64,000 bases of DNA, from the NCBI GenBank assembly GCA_018240985.1, contig JAFEER010000049.1:4440-68439 (forward strand). Reading direction: 5' to 3'. This stretch comes from Pseudomonadota bacterium. GTDB taxonomy: Bacteria; Pseudomonadota; Gammaproteobacteria; Burkholderiales; Burkholderiaceae_C. Under the pieces are notes generated by a model, which ran no database searches, was not told the DNA's origin, and worked only from the letters and a program-made list of their open reading frames with translations. A program made the translations under genes and the position numbers. Shown here piece by piece: positions 18,760 to 28,328 of the stretch. Numbering within the stretch: the stretch's first letter is position 1; the number at the start of each line of letters is the position of its first letter.

Positions 18760-20012
18760 CAAAAGGGTCCTCCCTCAAAGGTCTTCCAGGTGTGGAAAAG
18801 CGCGGCAACTCGATCCGCTTGTCGTTCACGACGCGGGACGGAATTCGCCACAAGAAAACCTACAAGCTCGACGGCGTCGTATTGGCCCCGACAGGGCCGA
18901 ACATGAAGTCCGCGCTGACATTGGTCAGAGACATCAAAGCGGAGATCAAGCTCGGTGTCTTCGAGATGTCACGACACTTCCCCGACGATGTGGAAGTTCT
19001 CGCCGCCGCACAAGCTGAGCGAGCCAAGCGCCGCACAGTTGCACAGCAACTGGACATCTGGCGCTCATCGCTGATCGTCGCCCCCTCTACCGCGGAGGGC
19101 TACGACACTGCCGTGCGGTTCTGGAAGAAGGCGCCGGCTGCTGCGCCCCTGACGGGACAGACGTGGCAAGACATGCCACTGATCGGAGAGGTGCCTATCG
19201 ACTCCCTCGTTCTGTCGCAGATCAAGGCTGCTTTGGCCAGCAAGGCGCATCGCTCAGGCAAGACGACCAACAACTACATTAGTGTGCTGAAGCAGGCGCT
19301 GGACCTGGCGGTCGGTGATCGGCTCATTCCTGATCATCCGGCGGTCGGCAAACCAGTGAGGCGCAAGTGGCAGAAAGGCACACCTGACCCGTTCTCCAAG
19401 ACAGAGGTCGGCCTGATCGTAGCGGACATGTGGTCACACTACCCGCCGCAGGTCGCTGCCATGTGTGAGTTCTGGTTCCTCACCGGCCTGCGGACGTCCG
19501 AACTGCATGGCCTGCGGTGGGGCTCGGTCGATCTGCGCCAGGGGACGATTCACATCCACGAAGTCATGGTGCGCGGCAAGTCCAAGGCAACGACCAAGAC
19601 GAACGAGGATAGACAGATCAAGCTGCCCCAACGGGCGCTGGAACTCCTCAAAGCGCAGAAGGCCTGCACCTACCTGCGTGGAGAACACGTTTGGGATGAC
19701 CCGCGTAACGATGGCGGCCCCTGGATGGACGAGCGGCCTTTCCGACGCTCGTACTGGACACCCACGATCAAGCGCCTGGGCATCCGCTACCGCAAACCCT
19801 ATCAGTGCCGCCACACAAACGCCACGATGCGCCTGATGGCAGGCCAGCGCCTGGGCTACGCGGCGCAGCAGATGGGCCACACCGTGGACATGTTCGTCCT
19901 TACCTACACACGCTGGATCAACGACGGGCACAGCGCGCTGGAAGACCAGAAGCTTGAAGAATTTCTGGCACTGGAAACGCCTGCCAAGACAACCCTCGTG
20001 GACGCAAATTGA
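18756..20012 (+). CDS. int: Tyrosine integrase with an N-terminal arm-binding domain (lambda-like)
   Basis: LTGLRTSEL, KTNEDR, YQCRHT, MGHT, TYTRW catalytic set; ATG at 18756. Confidence 0.95.
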   Translation: MTKGSSLKGLPGVEKRGNSIRLSFTTRDGIRHKKTYKLDGVVLAPTGPNMKSALTLVRDIKAEIKLGVFEMSRHFPDDVEVLAAAQAERAKRRTVAQQLDIWRSSLIVAPSTAEGYDTAVRFWKKAPAAAPLTGQTWQDMPLIGEVPIDSLVLSQIKAALASKAHRSGKTTNNYISVLKQALDLAVGDRLIPDHPAVGKPVRRKWQKGTPDPFSKTEVGLIVADMWSHYPPQVAAMCEFWFLTGLRTSELHGLRWGSVDLRQGTIHIHEVMVRGKSKATTKTNEDRQIKLPQRALELLKAQKACTYLRGEHVWDDPRNDGGPWMDERPFRRSYWTPTIKRLGIRYRKPYQCRHTNATMRLMAGQRLGYAAQQMGHTVDMFVLTYTRWINDGHSALEDQKLEEFLALETPAKTTLVDAN

Positions 20013-20169
20013 CGTCGTGAAGGCGCCACCACCAGCAAGCACCGCTACCCAACCACGTGTGACCGCGACTTGTTCGCAGTGACGGCGACGATTTGACGCT
20101 TGGTCACACGTTCAACAGAAACCACGCTCGCACCTTGCGCCTGCTGCTATGCATTAAGGAAATTTCCAG

Positions 20170-20973
20170 ATGAAATTCAATCCATTCGAAGAGATCACCA
20201 AGCCATGGTCACAAGTGACCTTGCACAACGTTCATCTGCTCGCAGTGTGCCCCACTGAGGATTTGCGCACAATGATTACGGTCGAATATCAAGGAGCGAA
20301 GTGCGATCTGATCTCTGCCGGCCACTGGGATGCTCAATGGAGCCCTCGCGATGTCGGCCGTTTCGGCTATCTCGTTCCTGCAGATCCTATTGACTCGGTG
20401 TCTCAATGGGCATGTCGCTTCCGAACATACCTCGACCCGAGCCTGCGACGCCTGTTTGAACTTGATGCCAAAGATCAATGGGGGTGGCTTTGCGACGATC
20501 GCCCGCAAGGCTTTCTCGCGCCAGCTGGTTTGCTCCCTGGCGTTAAGGGCAGGTACGTTGCAGACGAAACGATTCCACTCACCTTGCGCATTCCGCCTGA
20601 ATTTGTTCGGCTATGCAGGGGTGTAGATCGCACGCCTGCCGAAGTCCTGCGCGGTTTCGTAGCTGATGCAGGCAACATCAACAACTATTGCAATTGGCCT
20701 CGCGCTGATGGGTACGATAGCAATGGGAGCGACGAACGGTACATGGCCGAAGAGTGGCTGAAGCGCGCCTATGGAATAGATGCCGTAGATGTAGAGCAGT
20801 TGGAAATTGCCGAGGAGGCGCGTGCAGCTCGCGCTGACGCCCGGGATGAGTTCGGGGTGTTACTAGAAGAGTTTCTCGACTACAGTGGTTCGGTCCAAAA
20901 ACTGCATGATGCGGTGAATGCCCTCATTGAACAACAACGCCTCAAGCAAGAGGCCACCACCGGCGAGCAGTAA
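20170..20973 (+). CDS. Hypothetical mobile-element protein
   Basis: 267 aa; the C-terminal LRIPPEF...TPAEVLRGFVAD...GYDSNGSDER pattern resembles small proteins of ICE-like elements. Confidence 0.7.
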   Translation: MKFNPFEEITKPWSQVTLHNVHLLAVCPTEDLRTMITVEYQGAKCDLISAGHWDAQWSPRDVGRFGYLVPADPIDSVSQWACRFRTYLDPSLRRLFELDAKDQWGWLCDDRPQGFLAPAGLLPGVKGRYVADETIPLTLRIPPEFVRLCRGVDRTPAEVLRGFVADAGNINNYCNWPRADGYDSNGSDERYMAEEWLKRAYGIDAVDVEQLEIAEEARAARADARDEFGVLLEEFLDYSGSVQKLHDAVNALIEQQRLKQEATTGEQ

Positions 20974-21044
20974 CAACCACCCGTTGACACGCATCCGCGC
21001 TGCAACCGGCACGTTCGAGCCGACCTGGCCTTGCTTCCCTCAAG

Positions 21045-21989
21045 TCACATCACGTCGATGTGTTGGTGAATCCGCGCCAGCATTGCATCGAAATCCGGCT
21101 GCCCTTGGTAGTAAAGCGCTGCGGTCTTGCGGTACTCCTGAGCGAACCGCTGGCGCTGAGCGGGGTCCGCGAGGATAAACGCCTGGTTCTGTGCAATGAC
21201 TTGCTCATCTCCGGTGCGAAACCGCTGCGCTTTGCGCTCCTGGTAGGCGAGCTCGCACATGAAGTCCTGCACCTCTTGCAGCCCTAACAGGCAATACACG
21301 TCGTAGTAGTGGCGCAGGAAGTTGGCCGGGAAGGCCTGCGCCTCGCTCAGCCGGCGGTACTTGGTGGAGATGGTCTGGAGCTTTTCCACGAAGGTGTGCG
21401 TGGGGGCATAACAAGGCACTGCCGTTGCCCGGTTGTCGACCACCTTGATCCCACGGGCCATGGCCACATCCAGTGCCCAGGACGAGATCGTGACCGCACG
21501 ATTCGGCGCCGTGTCATCGAACCCCAGTTCCAGCAGGATCCCGTCCTTGACCCCGGCAAGCGCCGCGGTATGAGGCGTGTAGATCAGACGGATACCCGCA
21601 CTGCGCATCTTGTCGTCATCGAACTGCGCGTCACGCTCCACGCGGTCGACACCCGGAATGGAAATGCGCGCGGCCAGCTCGTCGTAGTACGCGCGCCGTG
21701 ACTCCACGTGCGCCGGCTTGTCCTGGTTGCGTCCGATCTTCACGTCCATGCCGTGAGGCGGTTCGATACGGATATCGATGTCTTCGGAAAAGCGATGGAT
21801 AACGCCGAACCCTTTCGACAGCGACGTGCCGCCCTTCAACTCGAACTGGAAGCCCTGGGCCTGCAAGCCCCAGAGGCAATGCATGATCCAGTAGTCCTTC
21901 TCGACCAGCATGGGATCAAGCCCTCGCTCATCCGCGACGACTGCGAGCAGTTGATCGAAGTCTCGCCGATCGTGCAAAAAATCAGCCAC
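21045..21989 (-). CDS. abiEii: AbiEii-family nucleotidyltransferase toxin (type IV TA)
   Basis: LVEKDYWIMH, LKGGTSLSKG, RFSEDID, TFVEKL, RHYYDV. Confidence 0.93.
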   Translation of the reverse strand: MADFLHDRRDFDQLLAVVADERGLDPMLVEKDYWIMHCLWGLQAQGFQFELKGGTSLSKGFGVIHRFSEDIDIRIEPPHGMDVKIGRNQDKPAHVESRRAYYDELAARISIPGVDRVERDAQFDDDKMRSAGIRLIYTPHTAALAGVKDGILLELGFDDTAPNRAVTISSWALDVAMARGIKVVDNRATAVPCYAPTHTFVEKLQTISTKYRRLSEAQAFPANFLRHYYDVYCLLGLQEVQDFMCELAYQERKAQRFRTGDEQVIAQNQAFILADPAQRQRFAQEYRKTAALYYQGQPDFDAMLARIHQHIDVM

Positions 21990-22593
21990 CCGACCACTCT
22001 CTTAGGCGCTTGCGAGTGGCCAGGTTGCCAAAACGGTCAGCGGCACGCTGCAATTGGGCTGGCTCGAACGAAGGCAGCTTGCTGCGCGCTTGGCGCAGTA
22101 CCGCATCACGGTCCTCTGCCAACTCATCCAGGTTGTTCAGCAGATCCACGTAGAGGAATTCGGGGGTCAGCTTCTTGGGGAAACGCGGCTTCATCCGGAA
22201 ATCGAACTGCCGGTTGCCCAGCTTGAAGATGCCATGGCGCTTGTGGTTGTAGACCACGGTACGGTTATAGAGCTGGGTCGTGCCCAGGCCCACGGCGTTG
22301 TAGGCCGAGGGAGAGAAGACCAGAAAGTCTTTGTCTCGCAGAAACCCGCCCACGACCTGCTCGTCGGCAGGCGGAAGCGGGCCAAAGCTGGACTGCTTGG
22401 GCGCGTAGTACAGGCCCTGAGCAAGCTTCTTGAGCTTTCCGGTGGCGACCAGTTCACGCAGATGCCGATCCACAGCTGTGGACAGACGTGCGAGATCTTC
22501 GCGCCGGTAGACGCGCCCGGCCTGCAACTCATCGGCGAGATGCGCGGCAGCGCCTCGCAACGAGGGGGCAGAAGGTAAGACCAATGCGGACAT
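21982..22593 (-). CDS. abiEi: AbiEi-type antitoxin / transcriptional regulator
   Basis: GRVYRREDL...LKKLAQGLYYAP...AYNAVGLGTTQ; overlaps abiEii by 8 bp. Confidence 0.85.
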   Translation of the reverse strand: MSALVLPSAPSLRGAAAHLADELQAGRVYRREDLARLSTAVDRHLRELVATGKLKKLAQGLYYAPKQSSFGPLPPADEQVVGGFLRDKDFLVFSPSAYNAVGLGTTQLYNRTVVYNHKRHGIFKLGNRQFDFRMKPRFPKKLTPEFLYVDLLNNLDELAEDRDAVLRQARSKLPSFEPAQLQRAADRFGNLATRKRLREWSGG

Positions 22594-22690
22594 GACAGAA
22601 ATTTCGTTGACGTTTCATGCATTTTAGCAGCCGGAGCCAATCTGTGTGAGGGTACTTCTATCGAGTAGCACTCCTATATGCTTGACAACG

Positions 22691-23580
22691 ATGTCAAACA
22701 ATCCATCCCCTGATAGTGCGTCTCATCCAGACGGGACGCCAGATCTGCAGCGCGAGGTTCAGCGCCTGTTGGACGCTGTTTGCTGCGTCTGCAACAGTAC
22801 GAGCGCCTCCTCAAGGCGCTCGTGGCACATCACGAGCTCGCCGGCCCGATGCACGCCTTGGAAGGGATTCGGGATGCCCGCATTCAGGATGCGGCAACCA
22901 AAACGCTGGGGACACTGATCGGGCGGTTTTTGGACGACTATGTCGTGAAGGAAGGCTCTGAGCGCGAGATCCTGGGTGACGACACACCGACTGACATCAT
23001 CTCTTTCGGATTCCGGATGAACATCCAGATGACGGTAGACGACCACGCCCGAACACGTGACAGCCTCAAGGAGCTGGTGGACCTGCGCAATGGGTTGGTC
23101 CACCATTTCATCGAGCAGTACGACCTCTGGCAGGCCGACGGTTGCGTAGCTGCGCGTGAATATCTGCTGACCTGCTACGCCCGGATCGACGAGCACTACG
23201 AGCAACTCAGGTCTTGGGCCGAGCACATGGAACAGGCACGCCAGCTTGCAGCATCGTTCATGCAATCGTCCGCCTATCACGACCTGGTGGTTAACGGAAT
23301 TACGCCGGACGGTATCGTGGACTGGGGGGCTGCGGGCTGCGTCAGCGCCCTGCGCGAAGCATTTCTTGCGCTTGCCGTCGATGGCTGGGCGTCAGTCGAT
23401 GCCGCTGCGGATTGGATCAGCGCCCAGCACCCAGATCAGACGCCGGAGAAGTATGGCTGCCGCACCTGGCGTCAGGTGATCCATGAATCGCGCCGCTTCG
23501 ATCTACGTTACAGGGACGAAGACGGTCGGAAGAAGGCCTTGTACCACGAGCGAACCAAGGCCCAGAAAGTTGGACGGTAG
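22691..23580 (+). pseudogene. OST-HTH/LOTUS domain protein with an apparent 1-nt frameshift near 22771
   Basis: The 5' frame (MSNNP...QREVQRLL) joins the 3' frame (LRLQQYERLLK) if TTGGACGC had one more G (LLGRCLLRLQQYE); C-terminal TPEKYGCRTWRQVIHESRRF LOTUS-like motif. Confidence 0.65.
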
Positions 23581-23633
23581 CTGCAGGCCCGGACTGCCGG
23601 CCGACGCTGGCGAGTATCGGAATTGCCCCTGGT

Positions 23634-23711
23634 GTGCCCCCGAAACGAAACAAGGACCCGAAGGTCCTTGTTTTTACTGGCATTTTTGGGGTGACTGATG
23701 GGGCTCGAACC
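23634..23711 (-). repeat. Degenerate tRNA-His 3'-end copy (att site) with the tRNA terminator
   Basis: 23687-23711 matches the tRNA 3' end at 23/25; 23634-23702 is repeated at 40422-40491. Confidence 0.9.
23648..23675. terminator. Intrinsic terminator (UUCG loop on the minus strand, T-tract on the plus strand)
   Basis: AAACAAGGACC CGAA GGTCCTTGTTT, 11-bp stem. Confidence 0.85.
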
Positions 23712-24225
23712 GGAAATACGGCTGGCAGGGGTCAGGTTACGTCCAGCGGAAAGGACTGGTTACACGCCAAGCAGACTTCGACCACTGACAGATTGGCCGG
23801 ATAAGGCTCGTCCAGCAGAACCTTTGACGGTCAATGGTCCCTCGTTTTAGGCCTTATCCCGCAATAGACGCAAATCCCCGTCAACCGCTCGTCGAAAAAA
23901 GAGCTTCCTTGGGTCTTCCATCGTTCCCTTCTTGTGCGCGTCGCGGCTGGTCGCCGTGACTTCTTTCCATGGATTCGGATGGCGGCAAAATCCCCGACTG
24001 ACGCCCGGCGCGCCTATCGGTTTATTCAGTGGGAATCCGGACGTTCGTCCCCTGCCGCCCCTGTAGAATTTGTAACCACCAGAAAAAACTCAAAAAACGG
24101 CCCCAGCGGCCCAGGGAAAAACGAGTGCATGGCGAAGACCAGCGACTCACTACAGAATGTGACCGCGCGCTGAAAGAGAACCCGAGGGAGTCCGCGGATC
24201 GATCGGGCGGAACAGGCGCGCCCTG

Positions 24226-26838
24226 GTGATCGAAGCGAACGTCGCCGGCGCCTGGCCTCTGAGCCAGTTCCTGCGGATGGCCGTAATGGCCGGCGTTGAA
24301 AGCGCCGTTCAAATCCACATCGAACGAGGCGACGACCTCAACGCCCGCGACGCCCGCGGCATGACGCCCCTCATGCTCTCCGCCGTCCGCAACAAGCCAG
24401 CCATCTGCCAGTTGCTTTTGAGCGCTGGGGCTGATCACGACCTGCGCGACCCCTCGGGCAGAACCGCCCTCGATATTGCCATCGCGGCCAGGGCGGAAGC
24501 CACCGCGGCAATTCTAGGCGCCGTCGGCGCGCCACTACATTCCTTTCCGCAGCTCGAGACGGAAGTCGTCCTCCGGCCTGATCCTGCTTCTGAACCTGCT
24601 GTCCCCGCTCACCCCATAGCCGAAGTAGTCGCACCGGGCGAACCAGCTGCGGCCTCGGCGCCGGCTGAACCGGACACGGCAGCCGAGCCCCTTGCGCAGG
24701 AGGCCGCCCCGCCCCTGGCACCTGTCCTCGCCGAGTTGGGCGACGGGGAGTTCGACCTCTCGGGCTGGGAGGTCGAAGAAGAGCCGACGCGGCCCGAGGT
24801 CGATCTGGTGGTCGTGGATTCGGCCAGCGCGGTCCAAATTGCCATCACGGCCCACGAGCCGATCGACTCATCTGCCGAATGGGATGACATCAACATATAC
24901 CTGCCGGAAGTAGCCTTGCCACTGGCTCGGGCGGACGATGCAGAGGGCCGCGCGAAGCTCAGGCTTCTTTTGCTGCGGTCGCTCAGGGAAGGCAGCGTCC
25001 CCGCGCTGGATGTCCAAGCCCAGTCCACGAACGAGGACCGCTCAGCCAACCCCGAAGCCGAGGCTTACTTGGCCATGGTCATCAACGACCTCGGCGCCGA
25101 AGCCGACGAACGCTTTGAATACGCCGATGCTGATGAGAGCTTCGAGGTGTTCATCGACCCAGAGGAATCGCCGGTCGAAGAAGCCACCCTCGATGAAGCC
25201 CTTGTCGCAATCGATCGGGCCGCGTCACCCCGCCATGAGCCCCTGCGCATCTACCAGCGCGAGTTCCAGAGCCTTCGGTTACTCACGGCCGAAGAGGAGG
25301 TCCGGCTCGCAAAGGACATGGAAGCTGCCCTTGACCTGGCACTCGACGCGCTGGCGAGTTGGCCTGATGGCATCGCGCGGACCCTGGCCGCTGGCGCGGA
25401 CGCCATCGCCGGATCACGCCAGCTCTCCTCGATCTGGGTTGCCGGCGAGCCCGACCCGGAGCCTGCTTCGGCCGAAGGCTTGGAAGCGATCGAACCTGCC
25501 GCAGAGGACTCCGAAGACTTCACGGAAGACGACGGCGAGCCGAGGAACGCAGAGCCTCCTGACGCTGGCAACGCCGGCTTCGCCGACGCGCTCCGTCGCT
25601 TGGCCGCGCTGACCGAAGCCGAAGATGCCCCGAGGACGTCGACGCAAGAGATTCGCCATGCGCTTGCTGGCCTGCGCCTCAACCGCCGCTTCTTGTTGGA
25701 ACTGATTGACGCCGCGCACGGATCGGCGCCCTGCCCCGCGTTCGCGTGCGCCATGGCCGGCTTCCGGCAGCATCGCGACCGGATGACAGCGGCGAATTTG
25801 AAGCTGGCCTTCTTCCACGCCAAGAAATACCTATACAGTGGGGAGCCGCTGGACGACTTGGCGCAGGAGGGGAACATCGGGTTGCTCAAAGCCGTCGACC
25901 GCTACGACTGGCACCGCGGCTTTCGCTTCTCGACCTACGCCACCTGGTGGATCCGACAACAGATCAGCCGGTACGTCGCCGACAAAGCCAGGACCATCCG
26001 CGTGCCGGTCCACATCTTTGAGAAGCTCCAGCGTGCGGAGCGCATTGCCCATGCCTTCGAGAAAGCCTTTGACCGCGAACCGACCCTCGCCGAGCTGGCC
26101 GAGCGCGTGGAAATGCCATCCCACAAGCTCGCGGCGCTGCTGCGCATCGCGCCCGAGCCATCTTCCATCGATGAGGCGACAGTCGACAGCATGATCGCCA
26201 TCGATGCCCGTGACGACTACGCATCGCCCGATCCCGCGGAAGTTGTCGACGAGATGCAGCTGAATCAAGCGGTGGACCGCTACATCTCGTCGCTGTCGAC
26301 CGAGGACCGCAAGGAAGAGCGCATCCTGCGGATGCGATTCGGCATCGGGATCGACGAAGCGTTGACGCTCGACGAGATCGGCTTGCGCTTCGACGTCACG
26401 CGCGAGCGGATCCGGCAGATCGAAGCCAAGGCGATCAGGAAGCTCCAGCATGTGTCGAGGTCCGAACCATTCGCACGCATGGTGCTAGGCTTGGATCCCG
26501 AGGAAAACCCCCTCGCCCCCCGCACGCGAAGGCCTAGTGAAGACAACGAGCCCGATACCGTCGAATCCATTCCGCAGCCGGCAACGCTGAAGCGGCAGGC
26601 GGCGCCTCGGCCGCCACGCGAGCCCAGCGAAATGGCCGGCGCTTCGAAGCCTTCCAAGCTGGACCAGGTCCTCGCGAAGGCCGTTGAACTTGGCATCCCC
26701 GTCAATGACGAGCGGCTGAACGATGGGAACATCTGGGTGGAGCTTCTGGAGCCCCGCAACAACACGCACCGTCGGCTGATCCGCAATCTCCTGGATTTCG
26801 GCTTCGCATTCTGGCCAGGGAAAGGCTATTGGAAATGA
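24226..26838 (+). CDS. mzaA: MzaA, ankyrin-repeat / sigma70-like protein
   Basis: N-terminal ankyrin (DARGMTPLMLSA), DLAQEGNIGLLKAVDRYD, RFSTYATWWIRQ, TRERIRQIEAKA; heads the ATPase-Z1-DUF4420-AIPR operon. Confidence 0.88.
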   Translation: MIEANVAGAWPLSQFLRMAVMAGVESAVQIHIERGDDLNARDARGMTPLMLSAVRNKPAICQLLLSAGADHDLRDPSGRTALDIAIAARAEATAAILGAVGAPLHSFPQLETEVVLRPDPASEPAVPAHPIAEVVAPGEPAAASAPAEPDTAAEPLAQEAAPPLAPVLAELGDGEFDLSGWEVEEEPTRPEVDLVVVDSASAVQIAITAHEPIDSSAEWDDINIYLPEVALPLARADDAEGRAKLRLLLLRSLREGSVPALDVQAQSTNEDRSANPEAEAYLAMVINDLGAEADERFEYADADESFEVFIDPEESPVEEATLDEALVAIDRAASPRHEPLRIYQREFQSLRLLTAEEEVRLAKDMEAALDLALDALASWPDGIARTLAAGADAIAGSRQLSSIWVAGEPDPEPASAEGLEAIEPAAEDSEDFTEDDGEPRNAEPPDAGNAGFADALRRLAALTEAEDAPRTSTQEIRHALAGLRLNRRFLLELIDAAHGSAPCPAFACAMAGFRQHRDRMTAANLKLAFFHAKKYLYSGEPLDDLAQEGNIGLLKAVDRYDWHRGFRFSTYATWWIRQQISRYVADKARTIRVPVHIFEKLQRAERIAHAFEKAFDREPTLAELAERVEMPSHKLAALLRIAPEPSSIDEATVDSMIAIDARDDYASPDPAEVVDEMQLNQAVDRYISSLSTEDRKEERILRMRFGIGIDEALTLDEIGLRFDVTRERIRQIEAKAIRKLQHVSRSEPFARMVLGLDPEENPLAPRTRRPSEDNEPDTVESIPQPATLKRQAAPRPPREPSEMAGASKPSKLDQVLAKAVELGIPVNDERLNDGNIWVELLEPRNNTHRRLIRNLLDFGFAFWPGKGYWK

Positions 26839-28328
26839 CCGCGAAGACCCGCAAGGCACCGCCGCGCGCGATGGCGATGCTCGAGTCCCTGCGGGGCTTG
26901 GGCTATTCGACGGCGGCAGCCTTGGCCGACATCGTCGACAACAGCATCTCCGCCGGCGCGAGCGAGGTCCGCATCGATTTCCAGTGGGACGGCTCCGACA
27001 GCCGCGTGCTGATCCTGGACGATGGGCGCGGCATGAGCGATCCTGAGCTCGAGGGCGCGATGCGACTCGGCGACAAGAATCCATTGACCGCGCGGGAGCC
27101 CCATGACCTTGGGCGCTTCGGCATGGGCTTGAAGACCGCGTCGCTTTCGCAATGTCGGCGGCTGACGGTCGTTAGCGTCAAGGGCGGCGAGCGAAGCTGC
27201 CTGCGCTGGGATCTCGACGAGTTGGAGGCTGATCCGCAGAGCGACTGGCTGCTTTTTGAAGGCCCGGCGGAAGGCTCAGAGCGGCATCTCGCCTGCCTCG
27301 ATGGCAAGGCATCCGGAACGCTGGTGCTGTGGGAGAAGCTCGACCGCATCGTCACGGCCGGCTACAGCGTGGACAACTTCGGCGATCTTTTGGACAACGT
27401 CGAAGCGCACCTGGCCATGGTCTTCCATCGCTTGCTCCAGGGACCGCGGGCGCGAATCAAGCTGCTCATCAACAACCGCCCCATCGCCCCCTGGGACCCG
27501 TTCATGACCGGGCACACGGCCAAGCCCTGGTCCTCGCCCGTCGCGCAGCAACGAACCGATGGGGGGCTGGTGCTGGCCCAGTGCCACGTCTTGCCTCATC
27601 GCGACAAGCTGACCGGCGAAGAATTCGAGGCGAACGCCGGCCCCGCCGGCTGGACCGCCCAGCAAGGCTTCTACGTCTACCGCAACGAGCGGCTGCTGGT
27701 CGCTGGCGGCTGGCTCGGACTTGGCAAGCCGAAGGCTTGGAATCGGGAGGAGGTCCACCGCCTCGCGCGCATCCGGCTGGACATCCCCAACACCGCCGAT
27801 GCCGACTGGAAGATCGACGTGCGCAAATCGACGGCCCGCCCGCCGGTGTCCCTGCGCCCTTGGTTGATGGCGTTGGCTGACAACACGCGCGATCGCGCTC
27901 GCCGGGTCTTCGCGTTCCGTGGATCCCCGGCGCCATCCGCTGGCAACCAGCCCATTGAACAGGCGTGGCGAGTCGACAAGCTCAAAGCCGGCATGCGCTA
28001 CCGCATCGACGAGTCGCACCCTTCCGTCGCCGCCGTCTTGGAGCGGGCGGACGAGCTTCAGCCGATGGTGAAGGCGATGCTTCGCGTGATCGAAGAAACC
28101 GTGCCTGTCCAACGCATCTGGCTAGATACCGCTGAGAACAAGGAAACGCCTCGCACGGGCTTCGAGGGCGAGCCGCCAGCCGCCGTCATCGAGGTCGCCA
28201 CTGTTCTCTTCGATGACCTGATCGAACGCAAGGGCCTGAGCGAAGAAGAAGCCCGCAGGTCGCTGCTCAGGGCCGAACCATTCCAGAAATACCCGACGCT
28301 GGTCGAAAAACTAGGGAGGAACCAATGA
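26835..28328 (+). CDS. mzaB: MzaB, MutL/MORC GHKL ATPase
   Basis: ALADIVDNSISAGA, DDGRGM, DLGRFGMGLKTASLSQ. Confidence 0.9.
   Translation: MTAKTRKAPPRAMAMLESLRGLGYSTAAALADIVDNSISAGASEVRIDFQWDGSDSRVLILDDGRGMSDPELEGAMRLGDKNPLTAREPHDLGRFGMGLKTASLSQCRRLTVVSVKGGERSCLRWDLDELEADPQSDWLLFEGPAEGSERHLACLDGKASGTLVLWEKLDRIVTAGYSVDNFGDLLDNVEAHLAMVFHRLLQGPRARIKLLINNRPIAPWDPFMTGHTAKPWSSPVAQQRTDGGLVLAQCHVLPHRDKLTGEEFEANAGPAGWTAQQGFYVYRNERLLVAGGWLGLGKPKAWNREEVHRLARIRLDIPNTADADWKIDVRKSTARPPVSLRPWLMALADNTRDRARRVFAFRGSPAPSAGNQPIEQAWRVDKLKAGMRYRIDESHPSVAAVLERADELQPMVKAMLRVIEETVPVQRIWLDTAENKETPRTGFEGEPPAAVIEVATVLFDDLIERKGLSEEEARRSLLRAEPFQKYPTLVEKLGRNQ

Larger units (their letters stand above)
8304..20112. mobile_element. 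IncQ-like integrative mobilizable element (boundaries approximate)
   Basis: Contains mobA, oriT, repA, a repC-like gene, iterons and xis-int. Inverted terminal motifs GCGGTTACACGTTGGGTTGGG (8304-8324) and CCCAACCACGTGTGACCGC (20048-20066), plus GGTCACACGTT at 20102. Confidence 0.65.

Noticed and set aside
23687-23711. Second tRNA gene (also at 40476)
   Set aside because: Only the 3' 17-25 nt are present, with no anticodon or D arm; these are att copies.
24226-26838. Housekeeping rpoD
   Set aside because: The ankyrin N-terminus and its position at the head of the GHKL-Z1-DUF4420-AIPR operon identify it as MzaA.
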